A DNA stretch of 64,000 nucleotides, taken from the NCBI GenBank assembly GCA_041665405.1, contig JBAYIZ010000001.1:26618-90617 (forward strand). The letters are read 5' to 3'. The notes under the pieces are model-generated. The model was not told the DNA's origin. It was given only the letters and a program-made list of their open reading frames with translations, and made no database searches. Below are positions 28,934-36,418 of the stretch, piece after piece. The DNA is from Candidatus Magasanikiibacteriota bacterium. GTDB taxonomy: Bacteria; Patescibacteriota; Patescibacteriia; Magasanikbacterales; GWA2-37-8. A program made the position numbers and the translations under genes. Every line of letters begins with the position of its first letter. The first letter of the stretch is position 1.

Positions 28934-29518
28934 ATGGATATGAATTTTAAAGAAGAGCGTTCTTATGTCATGATCAAGCCTGATGGTGTTAAAAAAGGTT
29001 TGACTGGGGAAATTATTCGTCGATTCGAACAACGTGATTTAAAAATTGTTGCATTGGAAATGTTTCAACCGACTAGAGATCAAATAGATAATCATTATCC
29101 AAAAGAAGAGGCTTGGATTCGCCGTTTGGGACAAAAAACTTTGGGCACTTATGAAAAGTACGGTATTGATGCTATCAAAGAACTTGGTACTGGTGATGAT
29201 TTAGAAATTGGTAAGATGGTCCGAGGCTGGTTGCTTGACTATATGGTCTCTGCTCCATTAGTACGTATGGTAGTTGAGGGTGTACATGCAGTAGATATGG
29301 TGCGTAAAATTTGTGGGGCAACTTTGCCTTATTTGGCTGATATGGGTACTATTCGTGGTGACTATTCCGCCGATTCACCAGCTGTCGCTAATTCAGAACA
29401 TCGCGCTGTAATGAATATGGTACATGCTTCTGAAACTGCCGCTGAAGCTCAGCATGAGATTGCTTACTGGTTTGGAGAACGTGAAGTGATTTTCCCTTAT
29501 AAACGTTTTGGAGAATAA
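28934..29518 (+). CDS. ndk: Nucleoside diphosphate kinase (long form with insertion)
   Basis: NDK N-terminus ERSYVMIKPDGVKKGLTGEIIRRFE and C-terminal NMVHASE..AEAQHEIAYWF. Confidence 0.8.
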   Translation: MDMNFKEERSYVMIKPDGVKKGLTGEIIRRFEQRDLKIVALEMFQPTRDQIDNHYPKEEAWIRRLGQKTLGTYEKYGIDAIKELGTGDDLEIGKMVRGWLLDYMVSAPLVRMVVEGVHAVDMVRKICGATLPYLADMGTIRGDYSADSPAVANSEHRAVMNMVHASETAAEAQHEIAYWFGEREVIFPYKRFGE

Positions 29519-29527
29519 AAAAATATT

Positions 29528-29555
29528 TTGACACATTTTTTAGTCATGGTATAAT
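29528..29555 (+). promoter_or_regulatory. Near-consensus sigma70-type promoter (TTGACA - 16/17 nt - TATAAT)
   Basis: Seen directly in sequence after ndk; reads into 29583-29808. Confidence 0.45.
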
Positions 29556-29687
29556 AGATATGTTCCGATGAAGAGGCTAAAAATGTTCTACAATCTTTAT
29601 ATTTTGGATAGCCAATATTTGATCTTCCCGTGGGAATATCGTGCGGCTAACCACCCTAAATTTTAGGGACATAAGGCCTTTAATCGG

Positions 29688-29808
29688 AATAACAAAAAGG
29701 ACAAGTAATAGTAACTTTTTCGCTTTCCTCGCCTCGCGAGAGGCTCAGGGAATCGCCTCGGGCTCATAACCCGCTCAAAAGTAACTATTACTTGTCCTTT
29801 TTGTTATC
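29688..29808. repeat. Long near-perfect inverted repeat (~30-bp arms ATAACAAAAAGGACAAGTAATAGTAACTTTT / reverse complement) around a 57-nt GC-rich core
   Basis: Arms match at 29/30 positions; core contains nested GC hairpins. Confidence 0.7.
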
Positions 29809-29811
29809 GAA

Positions 29812-30171
29812 TTATATTTTAGTTTTGAAGTAGTTGATGATTTCATCTTGACCGTTGTAGCAATTTGCTCCGTCCCAGTAAAAAGGGACACCCATACCGT
29901 CTACTGTGCTTAGTCCACATTGTTTCCAAATTTTTGTCATAAGTATGGCGTTGTCTTGATTGTTCCATACTTCCTTTGTAGTGAATTGAACTTTGTCATG
30001 AACTTTGTTGGTAACAACAAAATCATCTACAATTTTACAGTGTGGGCAACCGTCACCAAAAAACAAGATAGATTCTTTTGGAATACCAGATGCTGTATTT
30101 GGCATAAAGATAAGCCAGATAGCAAAGGCCACAATGGCTAGGGTGATAATATAGGGTAGTGCTTTTTTCAT
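29812..30171 (-). CDS. Membrane-anchored thioredoxin-fold thiol:disulfide oxidoreductase (CPHC)
   Basis: N-terminal TM helix, CxxC motif GDGCPHCK, thioredoxin-like length. Confidence 0.6.
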   Translation of the reverse strand: MKKALPYIITLAIVAFAIWLIFMPNTASGIPKESILFFGDGCPHCKIVDDFVVTNKVHDKVQFTTKEVWNNQDNAILMTKIWKQCGLSTVDGMGVPFYWDGANCYNGQDEIINYFKTKI

Positions 30172-30190
30172 ATAAAAATATTATTTTTAA

Positions 30191-30219
30191 TAGATTCCCG
30201 TTTGCACGGGAATGATAAT
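30191..30219. repeat. Copy 2 of the dispersed palindromic repeat; likely terminator of rpmB
   Basis: TAGATTCCCGTTTGCACGGGAATGATAAT; 7-bp stem with 5-nt loop. Confidence 0.7.
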
Positions 30220-30298
30220 GTATTTTTAATTATAGCTTATTCTAAATAAATAGGCAATAAAAAATCCTCCCAAATGTTTGGAAGGATTTTTGGAATGG

Positions 30299-30472
30299 TT
30301 ATGCTTTTTTTGAAGCGGTACGGCGGCAAGTAGAACAGGCTTTTACCTTCTCTTTTCCAACCATAAGTAGTTGAAGATTTGGGTGTTGACGACGTGGAAC
30401 ACGGCGTTTACTGTGACTGACATGATTGGCGCGAGCGCTAGTTTTGCCGCAAACTGTGCAAGATTTACTCAT
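30299..30472 (-). CDS. rpmB: 50S ribosomal protein L28
   Basis: Reverse-strand translation MSKSCTVCGKTSARANHVSHSKRRVPRRQHPNLQ... matches the L28 consensus; 57 aa, below the ORF-track cutoff. Confidence 0.8.
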   Translation of the reverse strand: MSKSCTVCGKTSARANHVSHSKRRVPRRQHPNLQLLMVGKEKVKACSTCRRTASKKA

Positions 30473-30568
30473 AAGATTGATTCTTTAGTGATATTAGGAT
30501 ATAATTGATGATGAAATTATAGTAAATAATATGCCTTTTGTCAATAGAAAGGCCTAAATTAATGTTAT

Positions 30569-31171
30569 ATGGACTTTATTTCACTACTCTTTTATTTTTT
30601 TGTTATCATTCCTTCAGCTATTATTCATGAATATGCTCATGGTTGGATGGCCTATCAGCTGGGTGATCCTACTGCCAAATATGCTGGTAGATTGACGATT
30701 GATCCGCGCGTACATATTGATAAATGGGGGACTATCATCATGCCTATTGGTTTATTTCTATTAACTGGTGGTAAATTTTTATTTGCTTATGCTAAACCAG
30801 TTCCGTATAATCCATATAATCTAAAGGATCAAAAATGGGGGCCAGCTTTGGTGGGAGTTGCAGGGCCCTTAGCAAATTTTTTGTTAGCCGCTTGTTTTGG
30901 AATTTTGGTGCGCATGTTTCCAACTAGTTTGTTTGCGCCATTTTTTGCCATAATTGTGATGGCCAATATTACTCTGATGGTCTTCAACTTGTTACCAATT
31001 CCGCCATTGGATGGATCGAAAATTTTGTATGCCATTTTACCGCCAGGCGCACATCAGGTACGAACATTTTTGGATCGTTATGGTTTTATGATTATGTTGT
31101 TTTTTGTTTTCTTTTTATTTGATATTGTCCGTCCGATTATTGATGGTCTGGTACGATTGCTAATTGGTTAA
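30569..31171 (+). CDS. Site-2 protease-like zinc metalloprotease (peptidase M50 family), membrane
   Basis: HEXXH (HEYAHG) in the first TM region and a second conserved acidic/LDG motif; polytopic. Confidence 0.7.
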   Translation: MDFISLLFYFFVIIPSAIIHEYAHGWMAYQLGDPTAKYAGRLTIDPRVHIDKWGTIIMPIGLFLLTGGKFLFAYAKPVPYNPYNLKDQKWGPALVGVAGPLANFLLAACFGILVRMFPTSLFAPFFAIIVMANITLMVFNLLPIPPLDGSKILYAILPPGAHQVRTFLDRYGFMIMLFFVFFLFDIVRPIIDGLVRLLIG

Positions 31172-31173
31172 TT

Positions 31174-32364
31174 ATGTTGCCGATATTATCCGTTTCAGAA
31201 TTTATTGAACAGATAAACGGCATTATAACCGGTGAGTTTATTATTGAAGGTGAAGTTTCACAATATAAAATTTCTCAAGGTAAATGGATTTTTTTTGATC
31301 TCAAAGATGATAAAGCAGTAGTAAATTGTTTTGCTACTGTTTTTAATTTATCACAACCATTGGAAGATGGAATGAAAATCAGAGTGTTGGGATATCCAAA
31401 AGTGCATGATAAAAGCGGACGGTTTAGTGTGACGGTACAGAAAGTTGAATTAGTGGGTGAGGGAAGTCTGAAAAAAGCATATTTACTATTGAAAAAGAAA
31501 TTGACTGATGAAGGTTTGTTTTTATCTGATCGCAAACGTAAATTATCAGAATTACCTGCCAAAATAGGAGTGATAGCTTCACGGGATAGTGCGGCCTTTG
31601 GAGATTTTGTCAGAATACTAAACAATCGTTGGGCGGGTATAGAAATAAATTTATTTAATGTGGCAGTGCAAGGTGAACAGGCAGTTGGTGAAATCACTGA
31701 GGCGTTTAATTATTTTAATACACGTGAGACTGGTTGTGATGTGTTGGTGTTAATTCGCGGTGGTGGATCACTGGAAGACTTAGCGGCTTTCAACAGTGAA
31801 ACCGTGGTACGCGCAGTCTATGGTAGTAAAATACCAGTAATCTGTGGGGTAGGGCATGAACGCGATGAATCATTGTGTGATTTCGCCGCCGATGTTCGGG
31901 CTTCGACACCGTCCAATGCAGCGGAAATAGCTGTCCCTGATAAACATGATTTTATTTCTGGTTTGGATTTTTCCGTTCAACATATTTTGAATACACTTGA
32001 TCATAAGATCACGAAACAACGTCGCAGTGTAGAACAGTATTTTTTTACTATCTCATCTATCTTAGAGGCGCCATTACAAAGCTGTCGCAATTTGATGGAA
32101 AATTTTAAACACACTCAGTTGATTTTGCAAACCAGTGTGTCTAGGAAAAAAGAGTTTGTATTATCTGCCGAGAGATTGTTTAAAAATGTCGATCCCAAAC
32201 AAGTATTAAAACGAGGGTATAGTATTGTGCGTAATCTAAAAGGTGTTATCGTACGAGGCGCTTCGCAAGTGGACGTAGGGGATGAACTTATGATAGAATT
32301 TGGACAAGGAAGTATTAAAACTGAAGTGTTAGATTTAAAAAATAAACAAACTAAATTGATATAA
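31174..32364 (+). CDS. xseA: Exodeoxyribonuclease VII large subunit
   Basis: N-terminal OB fold and the catalytic-core region CGVGHERDESLCDFAADVRASTPSNAAE. Confidence 0.85.
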   Translation: MLPILSVSEFIEQINGIITGEFIIEGEVSQYKISQGKWIFFDLKDDKAVVNCFATVFNLSQPLEDGMKIRVLGYPKVHDKSGRFSVTVQKVELVGEGSLKKAYLLLKKKLTDEGLFLSDRKRKLSELPAKIGVIASRDSAAFGDFVRILNNRWAGIEINLFNVAVQGEQAVGEITEAFNYFNTRETGCDVLVLIRGGGSLEDLAAFNSETVVRAVYGSKIPVICGVGHERDESLCDFAADVRASTPSNAAEIAVPDKHDFISGLDFSVQHILNTLDHKITKQRRSVEQYFFTISSILEAPLQSCRNLMENFKHTQLILQTSVSRKKEFVLSAERLFKNVDPKQVLKRGYSIVRNLKGVIVRGASQVDVGDELMIEFGQGSIKTEVLDLKNKQTKLI

Positions 32365-32365
32365 T

Positions 32366-32557
32366 ATGACCACTGAAAAAAAATTTAATTTTGCTAAGTC
32401 GTATCAAGAATTACAAAAGATTGTGGAGTGGTTTGAAAAAACGGATGTCGACCTAGAAGAAGGTATTACAAAATTTGAAGAGGGGGCGAAGATTGTAAAA
32501 GATCTGAAGGAATATTTGGAAAAAATGGAAAATAAAATTAAAGAATTAAAAAAATAA
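32366..32557 (+). CDS. xseB: Exodeoxyribonuclease VII small subunit
   Basis: 63-aa helical protein immediately after xseA (LEEGITKFEEGAKIVKDL). Confidence 0.8.
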   Translation: MTTEKKFNFAKSYQELQKIVEWFEKTDVDLEEGITKFEEGAKIVKDLKEYLEKMENKIKELKK

Positions 32558-32582
32558 TTTTATTAAATTTTAAATTATAAAT

Positions 32583-32921
32583 ATGTCTTTACTTTTACGT
32601 TGGTTAATTAGTGCTGGTTCATTAATGTTGGTTGCGTATGTAGTTCCAGGAATTAGTGTAGCCAGTTTTTATTCGGCTTTGATCGCGGCCTTGGTTTTGG
32701 GTTTGGTAAACGCACTTATTCGTCCGATTATTATTTTGCTGACATTGCCAGTAAACATTTTGACACTGGGTCTTTTTACTTTGGTTATTAACGCTTTATT
32801 GTTTTGGTTAGTTGCCACCATGGTTAAGGGTTTTACAGTAAGTGGTTTTATGCCGGCATTTTTGGGAGCTCTGGTAGTATGTGTGGTTAGTTGGGTGTTA
32901 AATGGAATTTTTAATAAATAA
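32583..32921 (+). CDS. DUF360/YvlD-type 4-TM membrane protein (phage-holin-IV-like superfamily)
   Basis: Characteristic small 4-TM pattern (LVAYVVPGISV..., LVNALIRPIIILLTLP). Confidence 0.65.
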   Translation: MSLLLRWLISAGSLMLVAYVVPGISVASFYSALIAALVLGLVNALIRPIIILLTLPVNILTLGLFTLVINALLFWLVATMVKGFTVSGFMPAFLGALVVCVVSWVLNGIFNK

Positions 32922-32928
32922 TTTTGTT

Positions 32929-33504
32929 ATGAACAGAACGATAAAATTATTAATATTCTCTTCTATTTTTGTAGACACCGGGTTTGGTTTCATCGGTCCG
33001 ATGTTGTCTATTTTTATAAAAGAAAATTTAATTGGTGGTACTATTTTTACGGCCGGTATGGCCAGTGCTGTTTATTTGATAGTGAAATCAGTATTACAAT
33101 TACCGTTTGCCCATTATGTCGATAAACATGATGACAAAGTAAAATGGCTATTGGTTGGTACGGCGGCTATGGCGGTGGTACCTTTTATGTATATATTTTG
33201 TGCCAATGTATGGTACATTTATCTGGCACAAATATTTTTGGGTTTGGGTTCAGCATTGGCTTATCCGACCTGGGCGGGTTTGTGGAGTACACATCTAGAC
33301 AAAAGAAAAGAAAGTTATGAATGGAGTTTGTATTCCACTTTGACCGGTTTGGGTACAGCTATTATTGCCAGTTTGGGAGCGGCTATTGCTCAGTGGTATA
33401 GTTTTGAAGCAGCTTTTGCCCTAGTTGGTTTATTAGCAGTAATTGGTTTTGTGATATTATTAGGCTTACAAAAAAGTGATGTAAAGTTATTGAATAAAAT
33501 GTAG
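32929..33504 (+). CDS. MFS-like membrane protein, half-size (~6 TM); possibly truncated or split
   Basis: Six hydrophobic helices with a motif-A-like loop (AHYVDKHDDKVKWLL) after TM2; only ~190 aa. Confidence 0.4.
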   Translation: MNRTIKLLIFSSIFVDTGFGFIGPMLSIFIKENLIGGTIFTAGMASAVYLIVKSVLQLPFAHYVDKHDDKVKWLLVGTAAMAVVPFMYIFCANVWYIYLAQIFLGLGSALAYPTWAGLWSTHLDKRKESYEWSLYSTLTGLGTAIIASLGAAIAQWYSFEAAFALVGLLAVIGFVILLGLQKSDVKLLNKM

Positions 33505-33671
33505 ATTGCAACATATGAAAAACTACGCCAGCAATCGTGCCCAAAAAGGTAAAACGGCTTTTAGAACACCGAGCATGTATAAGGCTAATAAGGCAATTGC
33601 AATAAACAAATATCGCGCTTATGACAAAGGTTTGAGCTCTAGTTTAGAAAATTTGAAACAAATAAAAAATT

Positions 33672-34364
33672 ATGAATAAAAATAAAGTTGTAGTATTGTC
33701 TTTGGGAGGTTCGTTAATTGTCCCAAAAACAGGTTTTGATATTATTTTTTTAAAAAAATTTAAGAATTTTGTTTTAAAGCGTATTCGACTGGGTGAAAGA
33801 TTTATCATTGTGTGTGGTGGGGGAAATACGGCACGAGTATATCAAGAAGGGGTTAAAGCAGTGAGTGAATTGACCAGTGAAGATGTGGATTGGATCGGCA
33901 TACACTCTACTCGTCTCAACGCTCATTTTATGCGTACTATTTTTCGTAAATGGGCACATCCAGTAGTAGTAAAAAATCCAACTATAAAACTGAAATGGAA
34001 AAGTCCGATTTTAATAGCTGGTGGTTGGAAGCCAGGGTGGTCAACGGATTATGATGCAGTCAAGTTGGCAGAATTGTATGGAGCCAAACAAGTGATCAAT
34101 TTATCCAATGTGGAATATGTTTACGACAAAGATCCAAATAAATTTAATGATGCTAAAAGAATAGAAAATATTAATTGGAAAGATTTTAGAAAAATCGTCG
34201 GAAATAAATGGATTCCAGGTGCCAATTTACCGTTTGATCCAATAGCTAGTAAAGAAGCGCAGAAAGATGGATTGACCGTTGCTATAATTAAGGGTGACAA
34301 TCTGGAAGAAATTGTAAAGGTAATAAATGGGGGAGAAAAGATTGTTGGAACCATTATTAAATAA
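33672..34364 (+). CDS. pyrH: Uridylate (UMP) kinase, archaeal-type amino-acid-kinase fold
   Basis: VVLSLGGSLI..., IVCGGGNTAR, GIHSTRLNA motifs; ~230 aa like archaeal PyrH. Confidence 0.7.
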   Translation: MNKNKVVVLSLGGSLIVPKTGFDIIFLKKFKNFVLKRIRLGERFIIVCGGGNTARVYQEGVKAVSELTSEDVDWIGIHSTRLNAHFMRTIFRKWAHPVVVKNPTIKLKWKSPILIAGGWKPGWSTDYDAVKLAELYGAKQVINLSNVEYVYDKDPNKFNDAKRIENINWKDFRKIVGNKWIPGANLPFDPIASKEAQKDGLTVAIIKGDNLEEIVKVINGGEKIVGTIIK

Positions 34365-34376
34365 TATTAATAAACA

Positions 34377-34406
34377 AAAAATCACCTTCTATGGTGATTT
34401 TTTGTT
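34377..34406 (+). terminator. Intrinsic terminator (AAAATCACC..GGTGATTTTTT)
   Basis: Perfect 9-bp stem plus T-run after the pyrH-like gene. Confidence 0.6.
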
Positions 34407-34490
34407 TTCCTCAAAAGAATAAAATAATCTTCTAAGGGAAGCCAGCGCCGACCGGTTGTGGAACCGGCCGGCGCTGTTGGCTACAGTAGG

Positions 34491-34577
34491 CTACGGCAGG
34501 TGGTTGAAGATGCCGACAATCACCGGCACAACAAGAGCTGCCAAGCACACGACGGTAATTTTCTGTCTTTTGGTCAT
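34491..34577 (-). CDS. Putative 28-aa hydrophobic peptide (MTKRQKITVVCLAALVVPVIVGIFNHLP) with Shine-Dalgarno site and GC-rich terminator, inside GC-rich islet 1
   Basis: GAGGAcctcATG start context; single TM-like segment; strong GC hairpin (34443-34476) immediately downstream. Confidence 0.3.
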   Translation of the reverse strand: MTKRQKITVVCLAALVVPVIVGIFNHLP

Positions 34578-34925
34578 GAGGTCCTCAACGATTCAGTCGA
34601 TTTTGATTGCCCACCGCGCGGAGTTGCGACGAGGGATATCTAATTTGATAAATATCAAACCAAATACCCCTGTCGCAATCGTTTGTGTCCTTTCTGTAGA
34701 ATGATATGGTTTGGCTAATTAGCAAAACCAGATACTTTTAAAAGAACGATGAATTATAATATGCTAAAAACGGGTAAAATGTCAATGGTTGAGGCTAGAA
34801 AGTTGACTTACGAGTAAATTAGTGATATTGTCTGCGCAAGTATCCGGACAGGCAACTATGCTCTGTGCCGGGTCATCATGACCGTATGCGACTTCAATGT
34901 CGTTGATTCACTGCAAGGAGACCCC

Positions 34926-35189
34926 ATGAATCGTCTTCGTGAGAAGCTGTCCCTGTTGTTGGCGCTGACCTTCAAGAACGACGTCACGGCCAAGGAGCTC
35001 GACGATGGCTTCACCGAGGTGAGCGACGCCTTCGACGCCGACGTGAACGAGGCGTTCCCGCCCGAGGACACCAGCGGCGACGGCACGGCCGCCACCGCCG
35101 AGGTCGCCGAGACGGTCGCCGAAGCACCCGCCCCGGCCCCCGAGCCCGATCCCGCGCCCGAGGCCGATGACAAGGGCGTCGAGCCGTAG
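34926..35189 (+). CDS. Small acidic protein with Ala/Pro/Glu-rich tail, encoded in GC-rich islet 1
   Basis: AAGGAG SD before ATG; strong GC third-position bias in this frame only; alternative upstream ATG at 34878. Confidence 0.45.
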   Translation: MNRLREKLSLLLALTFKNDVTAKELDDGFTEVSDAFDADVNEAFPPEDTSGDGTAATAEVAETVAEAPAPAPEPDPAPEADDKGVEP

Positions 35190-35266
35190 TCGCCGCGTAG
35201 CGGTCATGTGAGGCCGAGTGGGGAGGACTTCCTCCCCGCTCGGTCCTCGCAGCTACAAATCTGCTC

Positions 35267-35295
35267 TTGACAAAATTTACTCAATCCGTTATTAT
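35267..35295 (+). promoter_or_regulatory. Consensus promoter TTGACA - 17 nt - TATTAT upstream of rplJ
   Basis: Exact -35 hexamer and good -10 with 17-nt spacer. Confidence 0.55.
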
Positions 35296-35426
35296 ATCCG
35301 CACCATAGACAGCAGGTGGCGAAAGCCTTAATTACCTGCCGAGGTACAAAAGCTATTTTAGTATAGGTCGATTTGTACTGTATTATCTGTCTGTGGAAAC
35401 ACAGATTTTTTTGTTAAAAAATCACT
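35296..35426 (+). promoter_or_regulatory. rplJ 5' leader with hairpins (candidate L10 autoregulatory leader)
   Basis: Hairpins GCAGGT..ACCTGC and TCTGTG-gaaa-CACAGA between the promoter and rplJ start. Confidence 0.4.
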
Positions 35427-35945
35427 ATGCCAAAAACAAGACAACAAAAAATAAAAACCATTGAGTCCTTGACTGGTGGCTTGAAAGACAGCAAAGGTGC
35501 TGTATTTGCCAGTTTTGCTGGTTTGAAAGTAGCTGACTTCGAAGAGTTGCGCAAACAAGCTCGCTCTGAAAATGTTCAGGTACAGGTAGCCAAAAAAACA
35601 TTGGTAAAAAGAGTGTTTGACGATCTGGGCGTTTCTGCCGATCCAAAAACATTTGCCGGTGGCGTGGTTACTTTGTCCGGTGCGGATGAAGTTACTGCGG
35701 CCAAAGTATTTGGTAACTTTGCCAAAACTCATGAGACAGTTTCAATTTTCGGTGGTATCTTGGAAGGTAAATTTATTGATGCGATGAGCGTCAAACATTT
35801 GTCTACTTTACCAAGTAAACAACAATTGTTGGGTCAATTGGTTGGTACTCTCAACGCACCAGTATCTGGTTTCGTGAATGTACTGGCTGGCAACCTGCGC
35901 AATTTAGTAAATGTTCTTAATAATATTAAAACAGCAAAAGTTTAA
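35427..35945 (+). CDS. rplJ: 50S ribosomal protein L10
   Basis: L10 family similarity over the full length; followed by rplL. Confidence 0.9.
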   Translation: MPKTRQQKIKTIESLTGGLKDSKGAVFASFAGLKVADFEELRKQARSENVQVQVAKKTLVKRVFDDLGVSADPKTFAGGVVTLSGADEVTAAKVFGNFAKTHETVSIFGGILEGKFIDAMSVKHLSTLPSKQQLLGQLVGTLNAPVSGFVNVLAGNLRNLVNVLNNIKTAKV

Positions 35946-35960
35946 TTAATATATAAATTT

Positions 35961-36365
35961 ATGACAGAAGAAAAAAATGTTGTAGTTCCAGAAAAGTTTA
36001 AAGCTTTCGTGGAACAAGTAGAAAAAATGTCCGTTTTAGATTTGGCCGAATTGGTCAAAGTATTGGAAGAGAAATTTGGTGTTTCCGCTGCCGCTCCAGC
36101 TATGATGATGGCCGCCGCTCCTGCCGCTGGTGGCGCTGCTGTCACAGAAGAGAAAACAGAATTCAATGTTGAATTGACTGATGCCGGTGCAAACAAGATC
36201 AATGTGATCAAAGCAGTGAAAGAAGTAACTGGTTTGGGTTTGGCTGATGCCAAAGCTTTGGTAGACGGCGCTCCAAAAATGATCAAAGAAGGTCTAAAGA
36301 AAGACGAAGCCGAAGCTATGAAGAAAAAGATTGAGGAAGCTGGTGGTAAAGTAACTTTGAAATAA
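35961..36365 (+). CDS. rplL: 50S ribosomal protein L7/L12
   Basis: Ala-rich hinge and conserved C-terminal domain ([28 protein letters not shown]...GGKVTLK). Confidence 0.95.
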   Translation: MTEEKNVVVPEKFKAFVEQVEKMSVLDLAELVKVLEEKFGVSAAAPAMMMAAAPAAGGAAVTEEKTEFNVELTDAGANKINVIKAVKEVTGLGLADAKALVDGAPKMIKEGLKKDEAEAMKKKIEEAGGKVTLK

Positions 36366-36391
36366 TACCTCTCAGCTCAATAAAAACAAAA

Positions 36392-36418
36392 ACACGACCA
36401 ATTTGGTCGTGTTTTTTT
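36392..36418. terminator. Bidirectional intrinsic terminator between rplL and the convergent gene
   Basis: ACACGACC-aattt-GGTCGTGT hairpin flanked by A-run and T-run. Confidence 0.6.

Noticed and set aside
34856-35207. Alternative-frame and antisense ORFs in islet 1 (34856-35173 minus, 34908-35207 minus)
   Set aside because: High-GC DNA generates long spurious ORFs. Only the + frame starting 34926 shows strong GC third-position bias and an SD.
35358-36286. Minus-strand ORFs 35358-35732, 35425-35652 and 35942-36286
   Set aside because: They are antisense to clearly recognisable rplJ and rplL.
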